64,000 nt of DNA, from positions 17,439 through 81,438 of the forward strand of contig JAXMNT010000034.1 in assembly GCA_034670305.1 (NCBI GenBank). The letters are read 5' to 3'. The notes under the pieces are model-generated. The model had not been told where the DNA came from. It did no database searches and worked only from the letters and a program-made list of their open reading frames with translations. Below are positions 19,543 through 32,200 of the stretch, in pieces. How positions within the stretch are numbered: position 1 is the first letter of the stretch; each line of letters starts with the position of its first letter. A program made the translations under genes and the position numbers. The stretch is from Deltaproteobacteria bacterium. Lineage in GTDB: Bacteria; Myxococcota_A; Polyangia; Polyangiales; Houyiibacteriaceae.

Positions 19543-21590
19543 GCGCCGATCTCTTTGAACTCTTCGTCGGCCGGTCCCTCTTCGGCATCGAGGAGCGCGA
19601 GGTGGTGCCCGCGGAAGACCTTCTTGAGGTACATGCGGATGGGGACCAGCATCGCTACGAAGAAGGGAAAGAGGATGCCGATGAAGCTGGTCTTGACGAC
19701 CCAGAGCACCGCGAGGCAGACGAACTGGATGCCAGTGTAGGCGTGGATGAAGCGCAGTGGGACCGCGCGAATGTAGTGGGTCGGCGGGTACAGGTTCGGG
19801 TCGGTGATCCAGAGCTTGAACCGGTCCACGAACTGGTTTCCGCCGAGCGTGCCGATGCCCATGAAGAGGAAGAGCCCGAAGAGGACCGCCATCGGGATGA
19901 GCGCGAGGTACGGAAGAAAGAAGAGCACGGCCGCGCCGATGAGCACATGGATCATCAGGTTGGAGATGCGGTTCTCGACCACGCCCACGGTGCGTCCACG
20001 CCCGTCGACGACGACCAGGCTCTTCACGTGGTTGAGCGAACGGACGACGGCGCCGACGACCCAGGGCAGGCCGAACATGCTCATCGTGCCTACGAGCATG
20101 CCCATCACCGCCATGTCCCAGTGAAACGAGGGGCCGTTCTTCAGCTTGTAGTCCGGGCTGTTGGTCAGCCGCGCGGTGATGTTCTGGTTCACCCAGATGA
20201 GGATGGTGAGGAGCAGCGCCGGGATGGCAGCCGCGCCCCACACCCACGTCGGGACCTCCATCGGATTCACCAGCCAGTCGCGGTCGATCGACGGCGCGAG
20301 GTGGTCCGGGGCGTCGAGCTTGGGCAGCTCGATCTCCGGCCACGCATGCGCGAGCAGCGTCATGGCGAAGATGGCGATGGCCGGTCCGAAGTCGCTGAGA
20401 AACTCGCGGAACTTCGCGCGTAGGTAGGGCTGTCGGCGGAAGCGGGCGAGCGCCATCGCGACCACCGTGGTGCCCAGGGCGAGCAGGAGCTCGAACAGGG
20501 CGGTGGCTTCGGAGACCTCCGGATCTTGAAACGAGCCGGCCAGATCGTTGGCCGCTTCGCTGATGAAGATCAGGCCGATCAGCGCTGCGAAGACCTCGTC
20601 GGTGAATCGGGTGAAGTAGCGGATGAGCGCGCTGGCGTCTGTCGCGGCGAGCACGACGAGGAAGAAGCCAGCCCACAGCCCCACGACCGCTGCGGTGGGG
20701 AGGAAGGGAATCTCGAACTGCTGGCAGAGGCCATAGAGGATGCCGGTGAAGATCACGTTGGGACCGGTCGCGCCCACGATGGGGAGCGGCTGCCCAGCGC
20801 AGAGCGACCACGCCACACCACAGAATGCCGACGCGAGAAGCGCCTCGACGGCGCCGATCTGCCCGCCGGTCAACGTGGAGAGCAAGCCGCCGAACGCCAC
20901 CGCCGCCGCGAGGCAGGCGACGAACATGAAGAGCACACTCCCCACGACCTTGAGCTTGAAGCCCTCCCGGAAGTCGGCGAAATAGTGCGGGAGGTGGCGC
21001 TTGATGTCGCGGGCCACGCCGCCGAAGAGTTTCCCGGTGCGCTCGAGCTCCGGCGGGATCCGCTTGAGGTCGATCTCCTGTTTGAGCGCTTGCTCGAACG
21101 CGGCGGCGAGCTCTTCCGGCGTCTCGGCTGCAGCGGCGGTGTCCGAGAGATCCTGATGGTGCATCAGGTGGGCGAACTCGGCGGCGGCGCCCACGTGCGG
21201 ATGCGTCTTCTCGCTCGTGATCAACACCCACACGAAGCGGACCGCCTCGCCCTCCTCGTCGCGGAGCGCGAGCGGTTTGGTCAGTCGCACGAGCACGTCC
21301 ACGTTCACGGGGAGACCGTCGGTCGCGGGGACCGAGTCGTGAATGATCGCCACGCCGCCATCGAGCACTTCCGGACCCGAGTCGCCGTGCCGGCGCAAAC
21401 TCTCCCGAACCGACTCGCGGTCGCTCGTGGGATCCTTCGTGAGCGCGTCACCGACCGCGTCGAGGACGTCGTCGAGGTGTTCGGCCTCGACGTCCATGAG
21501 GATCAGCGTGTGTCCGTGGACCAATGCGCGACGCGCCATCTTCGTGGAGCGCTCGATCTCGAGACCCTCGGGCTTGGACGGTTCAGTCAT
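19539..21590 (-). CDS. SLC4/Band-3-like bicarbonate (HCO3_cotransp) transporter with N-terminal PTS EIIA-like domain
   Basis: GGVARDIKRHLPHYFADF, AVAFGGLL, GQPLPIVGATGP, FTRFTDEVFAALI, LSDFG, VVENRIS and VLFGLFLFMG motifs; N-terminal GVAIIH..VRLTKP. Confidence 0.88.
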   Translation of the reverse strand: MTEPSKPEGLEIERSTKMARRALVHGHTLILMDVEAEHLDDVLDAVGDALTKDPTSDRESVRESLRRHGDSGPEVLDGGVAIIHDSVPATDGLPVNVDVLVRLTKPLALRDEEGEAVRFVWVLITSEKTHPHVGAAAEFAHLMHHQDLSDTAAAAETPEELAAAFEQALKQEIDLKRIPPELERTGKLFGGVARDIKRHLPHYFADFREGFKLKVVGSVLFMFVACLAAAVAFGGLLSTLTGGQIGAVEALLASAFCGVAWSLCAGQPLPIVGATGPNVIFTGILYGLCQQFEIPFLPTAAVVGLWAGFFLVVLAATDASALIRYFTRFTDEVFAALIGLIFISEAANDLAGSFQDPEVSEATALFELLLALGTTVVAMALARFRRQPYLRAKFREFLSDFGPAIAIFAMTLLAHAWPEIELPKLDAPDHLAPSIDRDWLVNPMEVPTWVWGAAAIPALLLTILIWVNQNITARLTNSPDYKLKNGPSFHWDMAVMGMLVGTMSMFGLPWVVGAVVRSLNHVKSLVVVDGRGRTVGVVENRISNLMIHVLIGAAVLFFLPYLALIPMAVLFGLFLFMGIGTLGGNQFVDRFKLWITDPNLYPPTHYIRAVPLRFIHAYTGIQFVCLAVLWVVKTSFIGILFPFFVAMLVPIRMYLKKVFRGHHLALLDAEEGPADEEFKEIGA

Positions 21591-22085
21591 CCGGTGGGCC
21601 TACTCGATTGCAGGGTCGATGTCCGCACGGCGATGGAGAGATGCGTGGGTCGCATCCTGTGTGTGATCCTGTGCGCGATCCTGTGCGCGAACCTGGGCCT
21701 GTTCTGGGGGGTGACTGCGGCGCCGACAGGCTTCCGCGCTTGGTCGGGCTCGTGGCTCGCGGCATCGAGTGGGATGGTGGGCGGATCGAGGTGCGTCATC
21801 CGCAACCCACGGAGCGCGGGCAGGCGGTGGGCATGGTGAAGGGGCCGTCGAGCATGGCCGTCGCTTCGCAAGTTGCAGGCCAACGGGCACGTCGCGCTTT
21901 TGAGCCTGGGCGGGTGCGAGTCGAAAGATTCTTTCGACCGCACCCTCAAGTTTGTTGAGGGCGTCCTCTTCGCCAAGCTCGACCATGTCGGACGGTGGGA
22001 GGGCCGCCGAGCGAGTGTTTCTGACCCGACCAGCCGAAGCTCCGTCAGACGCTTCATGCCCCACAACCGCGCCCGTCAGGGACGG

Positions 22086-23600
<1,515 letters not shown>

Positions 23601-23854
23601 AGCAGGCCTGTCGTCAGGGCAGGCAACACCTGCCGAAGTGGCTCCCCAAGCCGAGGTGTCTGCGGGTGAGCGGTTCGGTCAGCTCCGCGCCCGAAGACAT
23701 CAGGCGATAGTCTGCCACACAAGACCCGCGTGCTGCCGGCGTGCGATCATCGAGAGGACGCACGCTTTGGATGAAGCGCCGGGCTGGACTCGGGCGGCAT
23801 CGCACGTGAACATCCCAACGTTGGCCAGCGTCCGGGTCTCGGAAGGGGAAGCGC

Positions 23855-24466
23855 ATGAGGGTGATTCGTAGGAAGATGTTTGGTTTCGGAGCAGTCACGA
23901 CGTTGGCGCTTGCCGCAAGCGTCATGGCGTTCGCGCAGGACGATCCAGACCAAGTGACGGACGGGGAGCAGCGGGTGAACATCTCCGGACGCTTGACGGC
24001 CGAGCAGCTCACGGTCGCGCGACGGGCGCTCAGCCGCGTGGACGGGGTGCAGGAAGTCTCGGGCCAGCGCGAAGTGATCTTCCGCCCCGCGGCGGGTTCC
24101 GCGCTCGCGTGGTCCGCGGTTCAGCGGGCCGTCGACGCCGGCCACGACTCGCCGATCGTCGGGGCGCCGACCCTCGGCTTTGCCTTGACGGTGGACGTCG
24201 TCTTCAAACCTGAGCAGGTGCCCGCGGATCGGGTCCAGGCTGTCATCGACGCCATGCCGACCTTCGACACGCTCGCCGAAGTCACGTACGTCTCGGGAAC
24301 CACGATCCGCCTCAGGTCGGCTCCTTGGAGCCCGCGCAACCAGCGCGGCTTCAACGTGACGAGCCTGCTCAGCCCGGCGGCGCGCGCGACCGGGTACCGC
24401 GGCCCCGGCGCCCCAAGCTACGACCGGTTCATCCAGGATGTGACCTTCGAGCCGGGCGGGACCTGA
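23855..24466 (+). CDS. Exported hypothetical protein, possibly with HMA/ferredoxin-like repeats
   Basis: Signal ending AFA-Q; ALSRVDGVQEV. Confidence 0.6.
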   Translation: MRVIRRKMFGFGAVTTLALAASVMAFAQDDPDQVTDGEQRVNISGRLTAEQLTVARRALSRVDGVQEVSGQREVIFRPAAGSALAWSAVQRAVDAGHDSPIVGAPTLGFALTVDVVFKPEQVPADRVQAVIDAMPTFDTLAEVTYVSGTTIRLRSAPWSPRNQRGFNVTSLLSPAARATGYRGPGAPSYDRFIQDVTFEPGGT

Positions 24467-24495
24467 CAGAGCCGGTCCACGGGTAGACTCCGACG

Positions 24496-26094
24496 ATGGA
24501 CTTGCGAACGACCGTAGCCTTCGTGGCGATGTGGGTGGCCGTACTCGGGCTCGGGTGCGACGACGGAGGCGGAGAGCACGTCGATGCCGGTGGCGGTGTC
24601 GACGCGCGCGTCGACGCCGCGGGAGACAGCGGTGGCGACGAAGTCGATGGGGGCGGGGTGGACTCCGGTGCGACCGATGGGGGCGTGGATGCCGGTGCGC
24701 CGGCGGCCACGTCCGTCACGATCCAGGTGCAGCCGGGCAGCGCGGCCGCTGGAACCGAGCGTGTGAACTTCGGTCTCCCGCTCGCACTCGGCGCGTTGAC
24801 GGACGCGTCGCTCATCATCGTGCGGCATGAGGGCAGTGAAGTCGCGGCCTCGCGGCGAGGGCTCGCGTCGTGGCCCGATGGCAGCCTGCGCAGCGTGCAG
24901 CTCCAGATCGATCTGCCGGCCGAGGCGACTGAGGTCGTCGTCGACATCGGCACCGCCCCGACCGCGGCGCCGCTCTCGGAAGTCCCCGTCGCCGACACGC
25001 TCGCGGACGGCGAGCCACGGATGTGGGCGCTCATCCCAGCGAGCTGGCTCGCGGGGAGCGGCTTCGCCGGACCGCTCGTCGACGACGCGGCCATCGCCGG
25101 GACCCCGCTGGACGCGTGGGGCTCCGTCTGTGACTACGACCGCCACGACACCGACGCGTTCCTCGAGGGCAGCGCGTCGCGGGGCGTGTGGCTCTTCGAC
25201 CGGGTCACCGCGATGGTGCGCGGCTACGCGCGCAGCGGAGAACGCTCGCCGCTGCGCTCGGCCTACCGGGAGGCGACGCTCTACCGAGAGGGACTCACGG
25301 GCAGCCCCACCGACATCCGCATCGGCGTGCCCGGCGCCAGCGACGATCTCAAGTACCACTACACCCAGGGCCTCGCGCTGCACTACCTGCTCACCGGCGA
25401 CGATCGTTTCCGCGAGGCGGCCGAGGCGGTCGGCGCCCGGGCGGCGAGCCTCTGGACGAGCCCAGGTTGGGCTGGCGGCGCGGACTTCTGGACCGAACGC
25501 CACGCCGGCTTTGGCCTCCTCGCGTACGTGTGGGCCGCGGCGGTCTCCGACGACCGGGCGGGTGAGTTCGAGACGCTGGCCGATGACGCGGTGACGGCCT
25601 ACCTCGACATTCAGGCGACCTATCCGATTGGCTACGAAGACGCCGACGCGCGCTGTTTTGCGCACCACGCAGACGCACACGGCGAGGACTACGGCTACGT
25701 CGGATGCAGCCCGTGGATGAGCGCCATCCTCGCGGACGGCTTGTTGGCCTACGCCGAGCTGCGTGGGGGCGCGAACGCCGACCGCGCGCACGCCTCGTTG
25801 ATCCAGCTCGGCCGAATCCTCGCCCGAGATGGTCGCGACGGATCCGGCAAGCCGTTCTACTTCATGGGCGTCGGCACCGCCGACGACGAGCCCGACGCGT
25901 ACGACGAGCACTGGGGCGAGAGCGCCTACATCGTCGCCATGGCGTGGCACCTCGACGGACGCCGCGACGCCGCGCTTCGGACCGCAGCGGAGGCGCTGCT
26001 CGCTGGACTCTCCACCAACGGCTCCGCGCCGCACGTGCGCAGCTTCAACTGGCAATGCCGCAGCGCTGTGATGACACCCGCGTTCCTGCGGTGA
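24496..26094 (+). CDS. Lipoprotein resembling the PcRGLX/YetA family (N-terminal barrel plus alpha-toroid)
   Basis: Lipobox GLGC; VNFGLPL...WPDGSLRSV; HYLLTGDDRFREAA. Confidence 0.65.
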   Translation: MDLRTTVAFVAMWVAVLGLGCDDGGGEHVDAGGGVDARVDAAGDSGGDEVDGGGVDSGATDGGVDAGAPAATSVTIQVQPGSAAAGTERVNFGLPLALGALTDASLIIVRHEGSEVAASRRGLASWPDGSLRSVQLQIDLPAEATEVVVDIGTAPTAAPLSEVPVADTLADGEPRMWALIPASWLAGSGFAGPLVDDAAIAGTPLDAWGSVCDYDRHDTDAFLEGSASRGVWLFDRVTAMVRGYARSGERSPLRSAYREATLYREGLTGSPTDIRIGVPGASDDLKYHYTQGLALHYLLTGDDRFREAAEAVGARAASLWTSPGWAGGADFWTERHAGFGLLAYVWAAAVSDDRAGEFETLADDAVTAYLDIQATYPIGYEDADARCFAHHADAHGEDYGYVGCSPWMSAILADGLLAYAELRGGANADRAHASLIQLGRILARDGRDGSGKPFYFMGVGTADDEPDAYDEHWGESAYIVAMAWHLDGRRDAALRTAAEALLAGLSTNGSAPHVRSFNWQCRSAVMTPAFLR

Positions 26095-26234
26095 ACTCGA
26101 CATCGTAGACGTTCGTGCCGGCCAACCACGAAGACGCGACGTTCGAGACCACCAGAAACCGCCCGTTGGAGACCGAGCGCCTGGCTTATGACTTCACCAA
26201 CCCCAGAGGTGTCGGTGAAGTCGAGGCCGAGAAA

Positions 26235-29159
26235 TCAGCGGCACGCCGCCCCATCCAGCATGACGTATTCGAAGTTGGCCCCGCCGAACCAATCATAGAA
26301 GGTCAGTTCGAGCCGATAGGTCGCTCCGGTGTCGCTGCGAAGGATGACGGTGTCCTCGTGCGCCGTGAAGTCGATGTTGCGATCGGTCAGCGTGAGCGCC
26401 CGGGCGTGGCAGGAGCTGACGAACTCAAATTCGGGCGACGAGACGACACCCCCCACGGCCGAGGCCTCCGGTAGGACCCGGAACCTCCGCGCCCCAAAAT
26501 CCACAACCTCAAGCATGAAATCGGAGACGCCTTCCTCCGGGGTTCCCTCTTCCAGATCGACGTGTCGCCTATACGGCGTCCCACTCTCTCGCACCGTGCC
26601 CCCCCGCGAGCAATCGACGCGGAGTTGGGCCACGTCCATCCGAAGGTAGGTCTCGGTGCGGAGATTGCCCAGCTTGAAGACCTCTCCGGTCGCGAGCTTC
26701 ACGAGCACGACCCGGGTGTCGTCCAGCGGCACTCGATGCAAACGATCGTCGAAGGTCGCAGAGGCCACGTCGCAGCCCGTCACGTCGTCGAAGGTCGCAC
26801 CAGAGAGGTGGGCGACCTCGACGCCGAGCGCGCGGTTCTGAAAGATGAAGTACCCGGTGCGGGCGTCGTTCTGGACGACCTCGAAATCCCACTCTTGCCA
26901 TGGGTCTCGCGGGAGATCGTACTGGAACGAGTTCCAACGCTCGTACAACAGGTTGTAGCCACGAGACGACGACACGCGCACGTCTGTCACGGGATCGGCG
27001 CTGCAGTGCTCGAAGCACCCGCATGGGCCTGCGCCCATGGGGTCGATGTCGCAGTCGCCTCCACATCCCGGGGTGTCCGCGACGCCGCAGCCGCAGGTGC
27101 CTGGTTCGCTCTTGTCACCGTCGAGCGGACATCCATCGACGCAATCGGCCAGGGTGTCCTCGTCGCGGTCTGCGTCGGGCGTTCCGCAGCCGCAGACGCC
27201 GGGTTCCTCCTTCTCGATGTCCGCGGGGCACCCGTCGTCGCAATCGAGCACCCCGTCCATGTCCGCATCGGTGTCGGGCGAGCCACATCCACAGCCACCG
27301 GGCGATCGTTTCGCCGGGTCGTCCGGGCACTCGTCCACGCAGTCCGGCGCGCCGTCTCCATCTCGGTCCGTCTCCGGCGTTCCGCAGCCGCAGATCCCCG
27401 GCGCGTCCTTCTCATGCTCCGGGCAAGCGTCCACATCTTCGGCGGGGAGGCAGCCGAGCATCGCCGCGCCGTAACCAGCCGCTCCGACCGCTCCGGGTGG
27501 GCACGCGCGACCGCCGCAGACATCGTTTCCCGCGCCGCCCACCCCGAACGAGAGGTTCACGCGCGAGACATCCAAGGGGTCAGGGGTCGTACACGCGAGC
27601 GCGACGGAGTTCCCCCCGCCACCCGCGGCGCCAACGCCGCCGACGCCGCCGACGCCGCCGACGCCGCCACGGCTCGCATCTGGGTACCTGAAGACTACGC
27701 CCAGACTCTCCAGTCCGTCGGGCCCGCCTGCGCCTCCCAAGCCGCCGGAGCCGCCCGCGCCGCTTACGCCGCCCGCGCCTGAGACGACGTTGACTCCATG
27801 CAGGACAAGACCGGATGAGTCCGAGACCAGGATGCCGACCGCGCTGCCGCCCGCCTGTCCGCCGCCGCCGCCGAGCCCGCCGCGGCCCGGGGCGCCGCCT
27901 GCGGCGCCCGCTTGGGGCGGGGCGCCGAACCGGTTGTAGGTGCACGCGCCGCCGCCGGCACCGAACGTCCCAGGCGCGCCCGGCTCGCCTGCTCCGCCGG
28001 GCGCCGCGAGCCAGGCGTCGCTCGGTAGGGCTGCGGCCCCTGCTGCCCCTGCTGTCCCCGGCTCACCAACACGGCCGTCCCGGGCGGCGGATTCGAAGTC
28101 GCAGTGCTCGAACGCCCCGCCCTGGACCCGCAGATCGTCCCGTGTACCCGGAATGCCGATCCACGGGTATCGATTCGGGACGCCCTCCCCACTGGAGCCG
28201 CCGCCCGCGCCGCATGAGTGCCTCTGCGGTCGGGGGTCCTCGTGTTCACAGCTGAGGTCCGAGCAGTTCAGCTCGCAGCCGGCCAGATGCGCTGCGCGGT
28301 AGGCACTGTAGCTGGCGAAGTCGCGCGGACCGGGGCTGCCGGTCTCTCCGTCTTCGCCCGCCGCACCGTCGCGCGCGTCGGCGGCTTGGACTTCCACGTC
28401 GATGACCTGAAGCGCCGGTGAGCCGGCGACGCGCAGGGCCACCGAGCCGAGCCCGTCCGGCTCGCCCGCGCCCGCCACGGTGGCGATCGTCAAGTGGGAC
28501 AAGTAGGCCGCCGTCGTCGCGCCTTCGACCGACACGGCGACCGCTGCGTTCACGTCCGGGTGCCGGTTCTCTTGGCGCACCGCGACCTCCCACCGGGGGC
28601 GCTCTGCGGGGTCGGGGGTGAACTCGGGGTACGTCCCGAAGCCGCCGTAGACACCCACGCCGTCGCCGATTCGAAGCGGTGTCGCGAACACCGGAGAGCC
28701 ACCCACGAGGATGGCTTCCCGGCGGCTCCCATCCGCGTTCACCACCGCGAGCGCGGGCTCCATCGCGTCGAAGGGGCGCTCCCGGCTCCCGTCGCCGTCG
28801 CCCTCACTGTAGCTGGGGTCGACGAAGACGAACGGGAAGCTCCGCGAGGTGGGGTCGCACTCGACGGTCATCAGCCGAAGGGGAGGCTCCACACAGCGTG
28901 TGCCGTCGTCCTCGGGCACGCAGGCCCCGAGGTCGCACGTGCCACACGGACGACCGAGCTCGCAGGTGCCACAGCCCGTGCACGCGTCGGTGGTCGCGTC
29001 GGAACCGGGCTCCGCATCTCCGCCGGCAGGCCCCGCGTCCTCGACGGGGGCGCCGTCGCGTGCCCCGGCGTCGCGCGTGCCGCCGTCTTCGTCTCCACCG
29101 TCGTCGCCGCCGCCGCACGCGCACGCCACGGCCACCATCACAATCAAGCAAGAACGCAT
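26235..29159 (-). CDS. Large lipoprotein: beta-helix-like domain, Gly-rich linker, TSP3-like repeats, C-terminal beta domains
   Basis: Lipobox ACAC; FVDP...GDGSRERPF, GVYGGF; repeated DxDxDGxxDCxDxCP..K..PGxCGCG. Confidence 0.8.
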   Translation of the reverse strand: MRSCLIVMVAVACACGGGDDGGDEDGGTRDAGARDGAPVEDAGPAGGDAEPGSDATTDACTGCGTCELGRPCGTCDLGACVPEDDGTRCVEPPLRLMTVECDPTSRSFPFVFVDPSYSEGDGDGSRERPFDAMEPALAVVNADGSRREAILVGGSPVFATPLRIGDGVGVYGGFGTYPEFTPDPAERPRWEVAVRQENRHPDVNAAVAVSVEGATTAAYLSHLTIATVAGAGEPDGLGSVALRVAGSPALQVIDVEVQAADARDGAAGEDGETGSPGPRDFASYSAYRAAHLAGCELNCSDLSCEHEDPRPQRHSCGAGGGSSGEGVPNRYPWIGIPGTRDDLRVQGGAFEHCDFESAARDGRVGEPGTAGAAGAAALPSDAWLAAPGGAGEPGAPGTFGAGGGACTYNRFGAPPQAGAAGGAPGRGGLGGGGGQAGGSAVGILVSDSSGLVLHGVNVVSGAGGVSGAGGSGGLGGAGGPDGLESLGVVFRYPDASRGGVGGVGGVGGVGAAGGGGNSVALACTTPDPLDVSRVNLSFGVGGAGNDVCGGRACPPGAVGAAGYGAAMLGCLPAEDVDACPEHEKDAPGICGCGTPETDRDGDGAPDCVDECPDDPAKRSPGGCGCGSPDTDADMDGVLDCDDGCPADIEKEEPGVCGCGTPDADRDEDTLADCVDGCPLDGDKSEPGTCGCGVADTPGCGGDCDIDPMGAGPCGCFEHCSADPVTDVRVSSSRGYNLLYERWNSFQYDLPRDPWQEWDFEVVQNDARTGYFIFQNRALGVEVAHLSGATFDDVTGCDVASATFDDRLHRVPLDDTRVVLVKLATGEVFKLGNLRTETYLRMDVAQLRVDCSRGGTVRESGTPYRRHVDLEEGTPEEGVSDFMLEVVDFGARRFRVLPEASAVGGVVSSPEFEFVSSCHARALTLTDRNIDFTAHEDTVILRSDTGATYRLELTFYDWFGGANFEYVMLDGAACR

Positions 29160-29270
29160 TTCTGTTGATACCACGCGCGAGCGAAACTTATGCGATTGAT
29201 TCATGCGCGAAGCGTCTGAATACGTGTTAGTACCGACGGTTCGGAGGTGCAGGTGGGTCGCGAACAGTTG

Positions 29271-32200
29271 ATGGTTGTGGCATTGATGTCCCTATTTGGT
29301 GGGTGTGGAGATCCCACTCCGGAACCGACAGAACCACTGTGTGTCGTGGTGCCTGATGTACTCGCCGGTGGGCTCGGTGAGCAGTGCGCGCACGACGACG
29401 ACTGCCCCTGCGGCGCATGGTGCGAGCGGAGCGTCTGTGCGAGCGAATGCAGCGAAGACACCCCCTGTCCTGGCACAGCAGAATGCGACCTCGGGAGCGG
29501 GCGCTGCCAGGAGACGGGGGCCGCTCTGGTTCGCGGTCCCCGAAACCAGGTCCTGCGAACGAGCAGCTCCGAGGTCATCGTCCGGCCTTCCGGCCGTCTC
29601 ACGGTGAGCGCGGAAGGGGACGAACCCGTCGCGTTCCGAGTTCGGGCGACGCCGGGCTTCGAGGTGAACTGTGGTGGCGACTTCGACGAGCAGTGTGACG
29701 CGAACGCGTCCGCCTCGGCTCCCGCGATCCTCGAGCTGCGGGCCTCCGAGGCCGCACCGGATGGCTGCGCGCCTCTGACCGCGACGCCCTGTCCGAGCGG
29801 GACGTTGACCTTGACTTCGGACTTCGACCGGCTCGATGTCGCGCTCGTGGTGTCGCCGGGGGCGGCGGCGCCCGCTCCCCTGACGGGTACCTATGAAGCC
29901 ACGCTCACGGCGGTCGGCGCGGGGCTGTCAACGAGGCCGAGTACGGACGACCTCCTCGAGGGCGCCCGCGGCATTCGCGTCCAGGCCACGATCGAGGTGT
30001 TCGCAGACGACACGATCCGCCTTCGCGACGAGCTGGGGGTGTTCGGCGACGGCGCCGTTGGCACACTCACCGCGGGCGGGGCGGGCGAAGTCGTCCTCTC
30101 GATCCCTCGGTTCGCCTGGCTGACGGGTACCCGCGGGGACTCCCTCGACCCACAGATCGTGACGAGCTTCGACGACGCGCTCCTTGCGCACGCGGACGGT
30201 GCCATCACCGGAGAGCTGTTCCAGCGCTTCCATGGGATGACCGATGCCGCCGAGACCGCGACGCTCCGCTGGGCACTGGCGGCGGGCCGCCTCGAGCAGC
30301 AGCCGGAGCTGGGCACGCCGCCTGCGGTCCCAGCGCCCGCGGAGCTTCCCCCGGCCGACCGACCGGTGGCGGAGGACGAGAGCGCGCCTGCGGGCAGCGC
30401 CCTTGAGCTCGCGTGTGCTTCCGGCGCGCTCAGCGACAGCGAGCTCGACGCCGAGGGCGACCTGCGTTGTTCGGATGGGGCGACGCAGGCGGTCCTGCCT
30501 CGTTTCGGCGACACGGTCGACCCCGTCGATGGGTCCGCGCTGCTCGCGTCCTGCTACGGAGATCTTGAGGGCGCGGGGAGTGAGTGTGTCGATCGAGAGC
30601 TCGCGGTCGCTGCGCTCGTGCGCGCGCTGGATGGGCCCGCGGCCAGTGCGGAGCGGGCGCTCGGCCTTCGACTGCTCCAGCGCTGGATCACCCTGCACGG
30701 GTTCATCGCGCGGGAAGGCTTGGCCATCGAGCGTCTGCACGCCTGGTTCGCCGACGGAGACCCGCCCCCGATCGCGGATCCCGATGGACCGGGACCCCGA
30801 GAGTGGGTCGAGCCGGCGCTGGCCCGCTCGCTCGACGGCTGGGATCTGTTGTTCCATCCCCGCGTCGGCTCCGCACTGGTGGCGAGCGAGGAGGGGAGCC
30901 TGGCGTCGCCCGACTACCGGACCCGCTTCGGGTACGAGCCACCGGTGGCGACCGAGCTCGCGGACGCCGATCTCGGGATCTCCGTGACGCTCCTCGACGT
31001 CCTGCGTGATCAGCTGCGCGCGGCCGAGGTGGTGGTCCGGCGCCGCATGGGCGCCGACGGCCTCACCGAGGCGATGGCGCTCGGCCGCGCCGCGCTGCGC
31101 CGCGCCGTGGTCGCCCTCGCGTGGGCCCACGGGCTTCTCCACGACGCCACGGCAGGGTCCGATCCTGTCTGGGCCGAACAAGCCGACGCGGCAGCGCAAG
31201 GCGTAGGCTCCGCGATGCGCTCGCTGTTGGCGGCCATCCGCGCTGCGGAGAGCGGGGCGAACGCGCTGGGGATCGAGGACATCGACCTGCCCCTCTATCG
31301 CATCGGAGACGAGGTCGGCAGCGCCGAGCGGTTCGCAGCGGCGAGCGACTACCTGCTGGGGGCAGGCGGGGTGCCCGGCGTTGCGCCGAGCCTGGTGGAG
31401 GCGGCCCGCACCGCGTGGGACGACGTCCGGAGCAGCTGGCGCGACAAGCTCACCCGGGACTTTCGAACGTTCTCGGTGGAGAACCGAGTCGAGGATCTGC
31501 AGCGAGAGTATGGGGCGCAGATCGCCGAGCTCTGCGGCAACCCAGCCTGGGCGGAGCTTGGCGTGCTCGAGTTGTCGGCCGACGAACTCAACCCGAACCA
31601 CTGCTACATCGTCGACCGCGACGGGTGTCCCACGCCCGACCGTCTCGAGGCGCTGATCACACCGACCGACGTCGCTCAAGACGTGTGTGTGATGTTGGCG
31701 TTGAACCGCTCGTTTCGACCACTCGATGTGGACGACATGGAGATTGGAGAGGCGCTCGACCGTCTGAACACCACACTCGAAAACGATCGGCGCTCGCGTT
31801 CGCCCGATCGCGCGCTCCTCACGTTTCTTCACCGGACGCGCCGGGAGCTCCCCCAGTTGCTCGAGGACTACCGCGACCAGTTCCCCGTGCCGGGTCCGCT
31901 GGCGTACGAGAACGCACGCACGCGATGCGGGGCGTTGGTGCACGAGCTCGGCGGAGAGATGAGCGCGGACGAGGAAGGGCGGGCGTGCACGTCGGCGCGC
32001 GAGTGCCACCCAGCGATGCTGTGTCGCATGGGGAGCTGCACGGCCGTCGAGCCGCCCGCGCCAGATGCCACTTGCTATCAAGGGACGCTCGGAGAGCTGA
32101 GGCTCGCGCTCCAGGCGAGCGCCCGAGAGGTGGACATCGCGCGCTCGGAGTTTGCGGATCGGTCGGACGCCTACGACATCGCCGTGCGCAGCTGTCTCAT

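Noticed and set aside
21600-22070. CDS between the SLC4 and MopE-repeat genes
   Set aside because: No frame gives a recognisable protein; only a short 12-bp repeat at about 21655-21695
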